This document shows positions 19,325 to 29,700 of a stretch of DNA of 64,000 nt, piece after piece. Numbering within the stretch: position 1 is the stretch's first letter; the number at the start of each line of letters is the position of its first letter. Source of the stretch: Bacteroidota bacterium (GTDB lineage Bacteria > Bacteroidota > JABWAT01); assembly GCA_023151185.1 (NCBI GenBank), contig JAKLJL010000002.1, forward strand, positions 582,288 to 646,287. Direction: 5' to 3'. The translations under genes were made by a program, and so were the position numbers. The notes below the pieces were generated by a model that was not told the DNA's origin, did no database searches, and was given only the letters and a program-made list of their open reading frames with translations.

Positions 19325-22300
19325 TTTTCGAGTCCAAGATCAAAGTTAAACAACATTCCGAAATGGTATTGCCATTCCTGCCCGTACCGGACGGAATTTT
19401 TCCCGTCCGGTGTTTCAAAACCCTTGGTCAGGGCTACATCAAACCGGTCGAAACCGTAGGTTCCGGAAAAGAATATCCGGATAGGCATCAGATAAAATGA
19501 AGTGGATTCCAGGCGAAGTTCAAAACCTGCATCCCGCCTGAAAGAGGAAAGTGCAGGCATTTTGGCATTCCAGGCTTGCCCGATGTCAGCAAAGACTGAT
19601 CCGTAAAGCCGGTCGAAATAAAACATCTTGAAACTTTTATCCAGTTTTCTGAATATCGGGAACCGGTAGCTGATTTGACCGTGTGCCATTTCAAATCCGC
19701 CGATTGAATAAAACGGATATCCCCGCATCCCGGAAAAACCACCAGCATAATTATAATAGAACGGTTCACCCTTCCCACCTGTAACCCCGGCCCGACGGAT
19801 CCAGAATGATAGCGTGTGGTTGAAAAAGGGTAGTCCGATATGTTCCTTGTACCCGATGGAATATTTAAAAATAGAAAACTTCTTATAATGGAAAGTGAGT
19901 GCTCCATTTTCTACTAAAACCGAATCTAAAAGTTCATTGGCCTCGGCACCGATAGACAGGCTTCCCTCACGGCCTACCGGATTGATACTGGATTCCTTGG
20001 CTGGCTGTAAGTGCTCGAATGAATAATTCAGCAGTGCGCCATGTCCGGTAAAGTAGGTATCTGTAGAGGAGGAAACTTTTGAAATCTCATCGTTCACCTT
20101 AAAGAAAAAGGTGGCAATTTTATTTGAATAAGAGGAGTAAATATACTTCAGTGACAAAAGACCTGCGGGATCGGTTTTTATCTGGGCTCCTGCTTCAACC
20201 TGATTCAGATTATAAATGACATTTGCCCGTGCCGAATCCTCTCCAACTCCGAAATTCACTGCATCTTCTGACTGACGGGAAATATTGAAATAATCAATTG
20301 TCCAGCGAACCGGAAGCAGGCTGCTGAAAATCCCGTCTGCCAGATTCAGGCCCAGAAAAACATCCCGGTCCCACTCAGTAAACTTCCCGTCACCGAATGG
20401 GTTGATCAGGGCACCGGCACTGAACTGAATCCAATCCAGCGGATCAGATGAAAAAGCATAAGTCCCGATTTTTAAATCCCGTGACAAATTGTGCCCCAGC
20501 TTATCCCAGTTTTTTTGGCGGATATTATCCAGATAGCTCCCATCTGATTTGATATAGCCATCAAGCCGAAGTACCGGGTAAAACGATATCGGGTTCTGTG
20601 TTCTCATCCGGTAGGCAAAAACAGGACCGTCAACCGGCTGTATATTGGCATGATTCAGCGGAATTTCCTCAATTCCCTCTGATTCGGGATGGTTAACAAA
20701 CGGATAGGTAACCCTGGGTTTTAAAATTTTGGCGGCCGCAGTAAATACTCTCGCCTTAAATCCGGCTCCGGTAAAAACTGACCCGGCAACCTGCGATCCG
20801 GAAAGGGGCACTCCCTGAAAAACACTTCCTCTTACCTGAGTAATCTGAGTTCTTTTCCCGGTTGTCAAGTCCAGGGTGTAAAGATTGAAAATTCCGGTTT
20901 CATCAGAAGTTATCAGTAATTTTTCAGGAGTAATCCACCGGGGTTCCCGGTTATCACGGCCGGTCCTGAGTAGTTTTTTCCAGGCTTTTGTTCCTGCAGA
21001 ATAAAGTTGAATTTCTCTTCCATGGATCTCGGTAAAATCTACAGCAAGCTGCCCGGATTCCCGTTGAAAATCAAGGGTATGAAATTCAGTTTCTTCATTT
21101 TCGGGCGTGAGGTCAGAGGTTACTGATAGCATTTCCCCGGGTTCCCAGCCTGAAAGTGAAAGACAAACCACCGATTTCAGTGCATTTCTATTGCTGATGG
21201 CATAAATCAGGGAATCCCCATCCCAAACCGGAGAAAAAAGGCGGGCATCCCGGGTTAACCGGATGGCCTCTTCCTTCTGAAAATCCCAGATCCATAAATC
21301 AGAATACCGGGATCCAAGATGATTCGGTGTGCCAGTTTGGCTGTACAGCAGGTAGTTCTTTCCATTCCGGTTGAAAAAACGGATTCTGGCATTGGCATGG
21401 ATTTCTTCAACACGGCCCGTTTCAGTACCGGTCGTATCCATCAGCAAAACCACCGTTTGACCGAAATAATCGGCTTTCTGGTTGGACCGGATAATCAACC
21501 TGCCGGTCGCAGGATCAAAATCATCCACCCAGTTAGAAAATCCGGTTTCGGATAGGATTCGGCCTTCATCAATTTCGGGCTGGATTGGGGCAATCTGAGT
21601 GGCATAATGCGATCTGAGTACAGAAACCCACTCAGAATAGATGACGTCTCCAGGTTTACCGAAGGCATCCTCGAGGGCATCCCCGATCGAAAAAACAGTT
21701 TTCTTTTTCAGGGACAGGTTCAGCCGGTCAACTGCATCAAGTCCATAAGTTTTGCTTAAGTAGGAAACCAGATTGAATCCCTGGTTATAAACCGTCTCAC
21801 CATCAAGGGAGGTTTTGTTGAAACTGACCATTTCGGACCAGGTCAGTAAGGTAGAATCCAGAGTTCTCGCCCGCAGAATCATATCCCGGTGAGCATCCCA
21901 ATAGTCATAGTGAAGCCCGGGAACGTTAAACTGGGCAGTTCCTTCTGCCAGCCAGGCCGGAACCACAATGTTCAGGAACGGAAAAGAAACCAGCCGGTTC
22001 GGATATCCGTAGAGATAATCCGGCCGCCTGACATCTTCATATCCAAAATACTGAAAATAAAAAGCGGGGATCCGTTTCGACCATTTCATCGCCGACTGAA
22101 TCTGAACGATATGGGTAAATTCATGCGAAATGACATCCTCGAGCCATTTATGGTTGCCTCTGAGCGGGAAGTCGAGGGCCGTGGCATAGATTTCAATTTT
22201 ATCATCAAAAAAATAGGCAGCCCCGTTCGAGTAATCGTCGGTATCCTTCAGAATCAGGGTTTGTCTGGCCGGAAAATAATTATAAACCTTGCAGACCGGC

Positions 22301-22503
22301 AGATATACCGAATCGTATACGGCTGCCATTCTTCTCGCCATTTTTTCCATGGGCTCATGATACAAAACAGTTGCATATTTTGATTCCAAAGATTTCCAGG
22401 AGAGGTTTTTATACCCCATCGGGAAAAAAGGCTGGGCAAAAGAAGATCCTGCTGCCATTCCGCATAGAAGAATGACAGCAAAAAGAAAACGGGATCGGAT
22501 CAT
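19312..22503 (-). CDS. Multidomain outer-membrane protein: peptidase-MA-like (HExxH) domain + PD40/TolB-like propeller region + Omp85-type C-terminal beta-barrel
   Basis: 1063 aa. Signal peptide. HEFTH at aa 127-131, followed by WLAEGTAQF (an EGxA third-ligand-like motif). Mid-region repeats resemble PD40. The C-terminus MRGYPFYSIGG...SYRFPIF...FADIGQAW...FELRL...IRIFFSGTYGF...KWTF matches the BamA/Omp85 barrel signature, with a terminal Phe. Confidence 0.5.
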   Translation of the reverse strand: MIRSRFLFAVILLCGMAAGSSFAQPFFPMGYKNLSWKSLESKYATVLYHEPMEKMARRMAAVYDSVYLPVCKVYNYFPARQTLILKDTDDYSNGAAYFFDDKIEIYATALDFPLRGNHKWLEDVISHEFTHIVQIQSAMKWSKRIPAFYFQYFGYEDVRRPDYLYGYPNRLVSFPFLNIVVPAWLAEGTAQFNVPGLHYDYWDAHRDMILRARTLDSTLLTWSEMVSFNKTSLDGETVYNQGFNLVSYLSKTYGLDAVDRLNLSLKKKTVFSIGDALEDAFGKPGDVIYSEWVSVLRSHYATQIAPIQPEIDEGRILSETGFSNWVDDFDPATGRLIIRSNQKADYFGQTVVLLMDTTGTETGRVEEIHANARIRFFNRNGKNYLLYSQTGTPNHLGSRYSDLWIWDFQKEEAIRLTRDARLFSPVWDGDSLIYAISNRNALKSVVCLSLSGWEPGEMLSVTSDLTPENEETEFHTLDFQRESGQLAVDFTEIHGREIQLYSAGTKAWKKLLRTGRDNREPRWITPEKLLITSDETGIFNLYTLDLTTGKRTQITQVRGSVFQGVPLSGSQVAGSVFTGAGFKARVFTAAAKILKPRVTYPFVNHPESEGIEEIPLNHANIQPVDGPVFAYRMRTQNPISFYPVLRLDGYIKSDGSYLDNIRQKNWDKLGHNLSRDLKIGTYAFSSDPLDWIQFSAGALINPFGDGKFTEWDRDVFLGLNLADGIFSSLLPVRWTIDYFNISRQSEDAVNFGVGEDSARANVIYNLNQVEAGAQIKTDPAGLLSLKYIYSSYSNKIATFFFKVNDEISKVSSSTDTYFTGHGALLNYSFEHLQPAKESSINPVGREGSLSIGAEANELLDSVLVENGALTFHYKKFSIFKYSIGYKEHIGLPFFNHTLSFWIRRAGVTGGKGEPFYYNYAGGFSGMRGYPFYSIGGFEMAHGQISYRFPIFRKLDKSFKMFYFDRLYGSVFADIGQAWNAKMPALSSFRRDAGFELRLESTSFYLMPIRIFFSGTYGFDRFDVALTKGFETPDGKNSVRYGQEWQYHFGMLFNFDLGLEKWTF

Positions 22504-22508
22504 GGGTG

Positions 22509-25500
22509 TTACCGGATTAAAACGACTTTTAGAATTTTTGTGAGTGATTTGCCTTCACCCGAAAGGTCAACTGAAGCGAAGTACATCCCCGACTGGGCAG
22601 AACCCGAATTCCAGGTAATTTCAGTTTCAGTATTTTTTTGGACGGAAACTGACAGGTCAGTTACTTTCTGTCCGCCTAAATCGAGAAGTGTAATTTTACC
22701 CGTCCCGGTAAAAGGTACCAATATCCTGAAATGAACAAGTCCGTCTTTACTCGGATTTGGCCAGGAGTAAACCGTTTCTTCGTTTTCAGGCGTTTGGCTG
22801 ACCCAGGATTTCCGGCTGACTGAAGATTTCCCGGCAACCCGTAACGCCTCACCCGGGTTTTGGTCGGTGCCCTGGAAAAATCCGTTTAACAGAACAAGAT
22901 CAACCGAAAGTGAATCAGCCAGAAGCTGGGCAGAAACTACCCGGCCGTTAGCAGAAACCAGTCCGGAGGGATTGATTCCGGCAGATAACGGTGTTTTATT
23001 CGGGTACCCGTGAACCGGTGTTGTATACCAGGTTTGCCCGGATTTTAAAACCAAAACCAGATTTCCGGCAGATTCCAGCATTTGAATCCCGGTGATCTTT
23101 TGGGACATTTCCACCGGAAAACCTTCAAGCTGAAGGTTTCCATAATACCCGGAAACGGATAATGAATCAGAAGAAATGAAGAACTGGTACCGGTCTTCAG
23201 GCCCATTTAAAATCAGATTCCGGTTGGTGGATCCGGTTTTTTCATTAACCAGTTCCAAACTGCCGGGTGCAGAATACCCAACCAAAAATGTTTTGAACTG
23301 ACCATTTTGGGTTTGAATAACAACCTGATTATCCTCCGAAGAGGCAGTCACTGACCGGTAAGGTTCAGAATGCGGCAAAACACCCTCTGCCGACCCCAAT
23401 GACAGCGTCAGTTTATTTCCAAGGATTGAGAACCACTGCCCGTTTTGCTGGAAAAAAATCCGGTCAGTAAATCCTGAAGGATCTGAAAGCTGGCTGTGCG
23501 GGATCAGTTGACCGTCTTTCAACCGGGCAATAAACCAGTTATTATCCGTTTTGCTTTGAACCGGCAGGTAAAAAGAGCCTGAACTGAAAACCAAACTTCC
23601 GCTTAACCTCCAGTCGTCAGAATTCCGGCCGGGCAGAACAGGAATAGTGTAGAGAGCATCTGAGATTTGTCCGTTTAAAAGCTGAATAACCCGGATTCCA
23701 GCCGGGAACTGGGGAATTGCAATAAAAAGGGTGTCTCCTGAAGAAGCCGGGTTTGAAAACCCGGAAACCCATTCTTTTGCAGAAATTGGCCAGGTTCCGG
23801 CTGCTGCTGATCCCTGATAAAGGGAAACAGTCTCCGCATGAACTGCCACTGTCCAGATAGAATCCTGGTGGTAAAAGGATCTGATTTTACCAGTTACTTT
23901 TTCAGGAAGACTCAACAGCTTCCGGGAAATCAGAACCGGATTTGCCGGTGCAGAATAATTGAAAGAAATCTGAATCCCCGTCCCTGCCCGGATAAACCCT
24001 TTTACCTGAATGCCCGTCTGGGCTTGCTTTTCCCAATTTGAAGAAGGAACCGATTCAGCCGAAAATTCACCTTTATAAAGAGGTGAAATATTTCCATCCG
24101 TCCAGTAGTCGAAAATAGTCCCGGCTTCAGATCCGCTGCCCCCGGTAAAGGAACCATAAACCTGGCCGATATCCTGACTTCCGTCAGCCTCCAGAAGAGT
24201 CAGAACACGGGTTTCTTCTTTCGAATTTAATTTTGAAAATTCCCCGGGTGTCATCCCGGAATAAAGGTTTCCGTCATTTATCTTCCAGATCAGCATACCG
24301 CCACGGATCGTATCTTCCTTTTCGTTTATCCCTGCTGGAATAACCCACCAGGGATTGGAAATATCGGTGATAATTCCCTTCAGCAGAGACTGGTCGTACT
24401 CGTAAAATCCGTTAATATCCTTCGAAACCGGGAGGGTTTTTGCTTCCCCCCGGTCAAAATAGGAAATCGTGGTCCCATTTTCTTCCAGATTGGGATTCCG
24501 GTGAAGAGTTTCCAGTAAAAAGTACTTTTTATCGCCAAGATGAATAAAAAAGGGCTGTCCCGGGTTGATTGTTTTCAATTCAGGAAGCGCCGAAATATCC
24601 TTAACTTCGGGGGTAATCCACCCCAGTTGATATTGCTCCCAGGCATTTGGCGGGCTTGGAAAAAAACCGTTGAAATTGAAAATTCCATATCCGTCCATCA
24701 GTCCGAACCGGCCGGTCACCGATGCTCCGGTAGAGGTATTATATAAATCAGGCAACCCAAGAAAATTGCCGAAATTTGCAGTCATAATCCCGTTAATCCC
24801 AAAGGAAATCAGAACCTTTTTCCCGTAACTTTCAACCACCCGGGAAAGCGTTTCAGGAAGGATGGACAGGTTGGATAGTGTTATTCCCGGATAAATTTCA
24901 GCCGGTGAGAACGGAATGGCAGAAGATGGGCTCAGGTAAATAGAAGAGATATCTGCTGGAGTCGGGTCTCCGCCCAGAATTGATCCCCAGTTGATGTCTT
25001 TCCCCATTCCGGCGTGAAAAAGAATAAAATGGGTTTTCTTTTCACCGGAATAAAATGGCCGGATTTCATCCGCAAGCTCTGGTTTAGCAGCAGCCGCGGC
25101 AAGGAAATCTGAAACCAGCCTGGAATAGCCTTCAGCTGCAGTTTGCTTGTAGGCTGAATAGGTTCTCATTTTGCCGGGCAGAACCAGGATTTCTGAAGCA
25201 ACATGCAATTGGGAAAGACTGATTTTTCCGCCGGAAACCCGTTCCCAGTAAGATTTTAGAAATTCAAGGTGCTTTGAAAAATAGGTTTTCTCTCTGGGAT
25301 AGGAATCCAGAAATCCGGTATCAGGTGCGGTAGTTACAAACCGGCCTGTTCCCTCTGTAAAGGGATCCGAATCCTTCCCGTCAACCAGTTCATCCTGAAA
25401 TTCAACCTGAAAGGCAATAACGGAATACTCACCGGAAACAGGAGTTGGGTTCAGCCTGACCGGAAGCTGGGCTGAAACCAGCGAAGAGCAAAACAAAAAC

Positions 25501-25532
25501 AGATAAAAAAAGCTCGGTCTGGCTTTATACAT
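22509..25532 (-). CDS. T9SS CTD cargo protein with M6 (InhA-like) metallopeptidase-like N-terminal domain
   Basis: 1007 aa. Signal peptide. The VIAFQVEFQDE N-terminal strand is typical of M6-domain proteins. The position homologous to HExxHxxGxPDxY reads TANFGNFLGLPDLY (aa 251-264). The C-terminal CTD is YSWPNPSKDGLVHFRILV...ILKVVLIR. Confidence 0.55.
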   Translation of the reverse strand: MYKARPSFFYLFLFCSSLVSAQLPVRLNPTPVSGEYSVIAFQVEFQDELVDGKDSDPFTEGTGRFVTTAPDTGFLDSYPREKTYFSKHLEFLKSYWERVSGGKISLSQLHVASEILVLPGKMRTYSAYKQTAAEGYSRLVSDFLAAAAAKPELADEIRPFYSGEKKTHFILFHAGMGKDINWGSILGGDPTPADISSIYLSPSSAIPFSPAEIYPGITLSNLSILPETLSRVVESYGKKVLISFGINGIMTANFGNFLGLPDLYNTSTGASVTGRFGLMDGYGIFNFNGFFPSPPNAWEQYQLGWITPEVKDISALPELKTINPGQPFFIHLGDKKYFLLETLHRNPNLEENGTTISYFDRGEAKTLPVSKDINGFYEYDQSLLKGIITDISNPWWVIPAGINEKEDTIRGGMLIWKINDGNLYSGMTPGEFSKLNSKEETRVLTLLEADGSQDIGQVYGSFTGGSGSEAGTIFDYWTDGNISPLYKGEFSAESVPSSNWEKQAQTGIQVKGFIRAGTGIQISFNYSAPANPVLISRKLLSLPEKVTGKIRSFYHQDSIWTVAVHAETVSLYQGSAAAGTWPISAKEWVSGFSNPASSGDTLFIAIPQFPAGIRVIQLLNGQISDALYTIPVLPGRNSDDWRLSGSLVFSSGSFYLPVQSKTDNNWFIARLKDGQLIPHSQLSDPSGFTDRIFFQQNGQWFSILGNKLTLSLGSAEGVLPHSEPYRSVTASSEDNQVVIQTQNGQFKTFLVGYSAPGSLELVNEKTGSTNRNLILNGPEDRYQFFISSDSLSVSGYYGNLQLEGFPVEMSQKITGIQMLESAGNLVLVLKSGQTWYTTPVHGYPNKTPLSAGINPSGLVSANGRVVSAQLLADSLSVDLVLLNGFFQGTDQNPGEALRVAGKSSVSRKSWVSQTPENEETVYSWPNPSKDGLVHFRILVPFTGTGKITLLDLGGQKVTDLSVSVQKNTETEITWNSGSAQSGMYFASVDLSGEGKSLTKILKVVLIR

Positions 25533-25545
25533 AATTTAAACCGGT

Positions 25546-26697
25546 TTACTCTAAAATATTTGAAAGATTCATTCCCAGGGTAACCCGAACTGTACCTGCC
25601 AGCGGATGAGATTCTTCGAAGGTTGAAATATAACTGAAGTCCACATTCAGGAAGGAATAGAGAATTCCCGCACCATAAGTCATGAATTTCCGGTTACCGG
25701 CCCGGCGGTCTTCGTAGAAAAATCCTGCCCTGAGAGATACGTATTCATCATAGACAAATTCACCGCCCAGCATCAGGTTTGCTTTGTTCAGTTCATTGAC
25801 AACTCCATCCTGGTACCAGGCCTTATAGATGGCCTGGTAAACCGGATACTTATGATCCTTGTCTTTGTTGGATACCAATAATTTTGCCATTTCAATATAG
25901 GTATCCAGATAATAGTATTCGTCATTGATCAGCCGGTATGCAAACCCAGTTCTGAATTTTGTAGGAAGCGGATCGGCCTGTGCCTCGTCAATATAAGTCA
26001 TTGAAGGACCGATATTGGTGATACTTGTGCCCCAGCGGAACCGGTCTGAAAGGTCGGCAACTTCATACCAGCTAAAAACTGAAGAATCATCACTGGTTAA
26101 CACTGACGGGACAGGGATTCCAAGCGAAAAACGGGTAGGATGATACTCAAAGGCAAGGTCAATCCCAAAGCCGCTTGCGATTCCCCGACCCTCTTCCTGA
26201 GCAGTACCGAACGGGCTTAACCGTGAATAAATAAACCGGCCACCAGTCCCGATACTCCAACTGTCAGAGACCGGTACACCATAAGAAACTCCAACCGCCA
26301 TTTCCCAGCTTAAAAACCGACCGAGTTCCTGTCCGGTCTGATCTGTCCTTACATTTTCCCCTAAATTTAAAAAGGTAATATGTGCGCCCAGGGACCCCAG
26401 TTCTTCATCCAGCGGGTAAACAAATGCCAGATAATCATAAAACAAATCTCCGGTTAGCTGAGGTAACCAGTTGGAGTGAGTGATACTGACTTTCATTTCC
26501 TGAATGCGGTAAAGTGCTGCCGGATTCCAGAAAACGGTGTTCGGATCCTTACCGGCCATCGCAACACCCCCTTCTCCGAAACCGCTTGACCGGCTGTCTG
26601 GGGCAATTTGCAGGAATGGGACCGCTGTTGTGGTAACCTGTGAAAAAACGGCTGTTGACCAAAGGAAAAAAACGAATAAGGTCAGTTTGGCTTTCAT
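25546..26697 (-). CDS. porV: T9SS outer-membrane protein PorV (LptO)-like, FadL-family beta-barrel
   Basis: 383 aa. Signal peptide. N-terminus VPFLQIAPDSRSSGFGEGGVA...NPAAL fits the PorV/PorQ family pattern. It lies immediately downstream of porU, the conserved porU-porV arrangement. Confidence 0.55.
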   Translation of the reverse strand: MKAKLTLFVFFLWSTAVFSQVTTTAVPFLQIAPDSRSSGFGEGGVAMAGKDPNTVFWNPAALYRIQEMKVSITHSNWLPQLTGDLFYDYLAFVYPLDEELGSLGAHITFLNLGENVRTDQTGQELGRFLSWEMAVGVSYGVPVSDSWSIGTGGRFIYSRLSPFGTAQEEGRGIASGFGIDLAFEYHPTRFSLGIPVPSVLTSDDSSVFSWYEVADLSDRFRWGTSITNIGPSMTYIDEAQADPLPTKFRTGFAYRLINDEYYYLDTYIEMAKLLVSNKDKDHKYPVYQAIYKAWYQDGVVNELNKANLMLGGEFVYDEYVSLRAGFFYEDRRAGNRKFMTYGAGILYSFLNVDFSYISTFEESHPLAGTVRVTLGMNLSNILE

Positions 26698-26730
26698 TTA
26701 AAAATCTCTCCGGTAAGGTTTGAGAATTGT

Positions 26731-29700
26731 TTAGTTATACTTCATTAATTTTATGATTTCGGTTTTTGTTTTCCCGGATCCGGTTTCTTTAAGGACCAGT
26801 CGGGCCAGATAAATGCCATTTGCAACAGGATCTCCGTCAGAATCCAGCCCATCCCAAACCAGCAGGCCCCCGTTGTTTGTTTCCGTTGGGTGCTGTTTAA
26901 GTGTTCGGATGAGAAGACCGTTAAGTGTATAAATTGACGCTGTTATCTGAACTTTTGCATCGGGTAAATTTTGGTTGTAAAAAAAACGTACCGTTTTCCC
27001 GAACGGGTTTGGATAGGGATACAGGTTGCTGACTGAAAAATCAGTTCCTTCTGTTACAACAAAGCGGATTGTAGATTCTGCACCATTGTTGAAAGAATCC
27101 CAAACCTTTAGTTTGAATTCGTGGGGACCTGCTGAAACTGTACTCAGCGGATACTCAATGGTTCCGGTTGTAAAGTCGTTCAGATTGGCTGTAAAATAAG
27201 GACTCATGTCAATGGCACCCGTAAGATCATTATCGAGAATACCTAAAAGCTGGTGGCCTATCCCAAGCCCGGTAGTATTAATACCGGATGAATCAGAAAT
27301 GACAGCCTTCAGAAAACCGGAATTTGCAACCCGCTGACCATCAGAAAAAGAGGAATCATTGATAAAAAGGGAAACCGAAGGCGGTAAGGTATCGGTAAGA
27401 GCTCCGGTACCACCTGATATGTACTGGATCCGGGGAGAGAGAATTAATCCGGCATCTTTTTCGTTCCATAAAAACCCGGAAACTCTGGCTGGAGACCGGC
27501 TTGGCGTTACGTCGGATGGAACCATAAATTTCATTGAAAACTGACCATCCGAAACAGAAACAAGACCCTTAAAGATATCTGATCCTTCATTTTGATATTC
27601 GGTCACATCTGTCCCTGGTTTTGAAACCCATTCCGGAACCGTAACCGTTACCGGTTCTCCTGCTAGCCGGATTAAGGCAGACCCGGAAAACTGGTCTGCG
27701 TTCCCAGCGGGAAGTTCCGAGAGTCTTCCAGAAAGTCTGCCAACAGACTGAATCTGAAATTGAATCAGGCTATCCTGGGTGAGTTCAGCTTCCTTATTCA
27801 GAAGGCGGCCTCTGCCTTCAGGAATCAGAAGGCGGGTGGCTGGGTCTGCAAGCAGGGAAAATTTATTCACATTTTCATCTGTGTAGAATTTTCCGGTTTT
27901 AACATCAAGTTCAGAAAAATGCTGCTTGGTCAGAGTATAAACTTCGCCAAGTGATAAATTTTTCCCGGTATCATTCTTTTTAAACAGGTTTGAAAACAAA
28001 TAATAATTCAGCGCAAGATTATAAGGACCGTCCAGTCTTCTGTCTGTATAAACGAGCCGCGTGGTGGTAAACATTCCGATTACACCGGTTTCTTTTTGTG
28101 TCACCAGAAGTTCTGCGGCACTTTGCTCATCAGGATCATCATATTTTCCGAAATCACAGGTAGCGGTGATCAGAAACGGAAGTTTTGAGGAATTGGTTAG
28201 TCTCGGAAGGAAGGCTCCGATTTCCAGAATCCGTTCATGAGTCCAGACTTTTGTGTTTCCATGCCCGGAGTAATTAATAACTACACTGCCGGAATTAAAA
28301 TAATTGATCAGGGAATTTGCAGCTTCTGGTTTTCTTCTTCCTTCACTGGTTGTAATGGTCGGGAACGAAACGGAATATAATTTTCTGACCGAAAGGTAGG
28401 GTGGTATGAGTGTAGAAACGACTTCTGCATTGTAGGTGTGCAGATCGTAATCATCACCGCTGGAAGTCAGACCATCATCTGCAACCATGGTGACTTTCAT
28501 CCGCCAGTCCCCTTTTTCTGAATTGAGATCATAGTTGATGAGCTTATCAACCATCTGATCTGCCTCTGCAACCGTTACAACCGGAAGCCGGCCGATACCA
28601 ACCCGGAATTGGCCATCAGAGGTTACCCGGCTGAAATCATCATCCGAGCAAAACGTAGAACGCTGAAGTAAGGATTCCTGACTTTCAAATGTAGGAATTA
28701 GTCCCGGAAAAGATTTCTTTCCGCCAATTTCTTTGAAATCATAGGATGCATCCCCCAGCAGAAGCACATTTTTCAGCACTCCTGACCCTGCAGAATAAAC
28801 CTGCCCGATGAATTTCCGAATAGCCTCCGGATTTGCCTTTCCCCCTGAAAAATGAGTATAGATATCTTCGGTGGTTACAACGGCCCCGTTCCAGTTTTGG
28901 GCAACCCGGTGAGCCAGAAGCCGTTTTGCAGGTAAGGTAAACTGCGGAGGAGTAATTATCACGTAATCAATCCCGGCAGCAAACGCATCCGGAACAGTAG
29001 AGACCCCCAAGCGTTCCCAGCTTAATGATCCGGCGGAAATAACACCGTCTGTTTTGTGTACTGCAAAGAAACGGTTTGCTTTTTCCGGACTCAAAATAGA
29101 CCCGAAACGGATATCACCACCAGAAATTGAAGTCTGGGATACAACTTTGGGAGAAAGCGGATTGTCAAGATTAAACACCAAAATACCAGAATCCCGAAAA
29201 CCGCCTATCCTGAAATTCACCGGGCCACCGGATGAAGGTTGAAAAAAATCGATTTCAGTTTTGGAGGCTAAAAGGGACCTGCTGTACTGCAGGGTGAACC
29301 AATCCAGCCACCCGGTAGCAGTACCATTGCTGACCAGGGCAATTTCAATCGAGGCCCTGTCCTGATTGAGTTTTGAAATCTGTCCGGAAACCGTTCGCTC
29401 ACGGGCAACCTTGTCTTCATAATTAGCCGGATTTGAATAGCCGGTGATAATATCCTTAACAACATACTGGCCGGATTCCAGTATAGATAGTCTTGCAAGA
29501 GATGTCGAAGGGTATTGCGCAAGAACGGAGCCCCTGAACAGTACCGGTGATCCGGTTACATAATCAGGAAGTTTCTGAGTCCAGATCTGGGTGCTGTTTG
29601 CCGAAATTCTGGGTCCGACCCAAAGGGTTCCCGATTTCAGCAGATTCTCAGATTCCGGATTCTCCCACACCATAAACTGAGCTGTACCGGTTTCGGAAAC

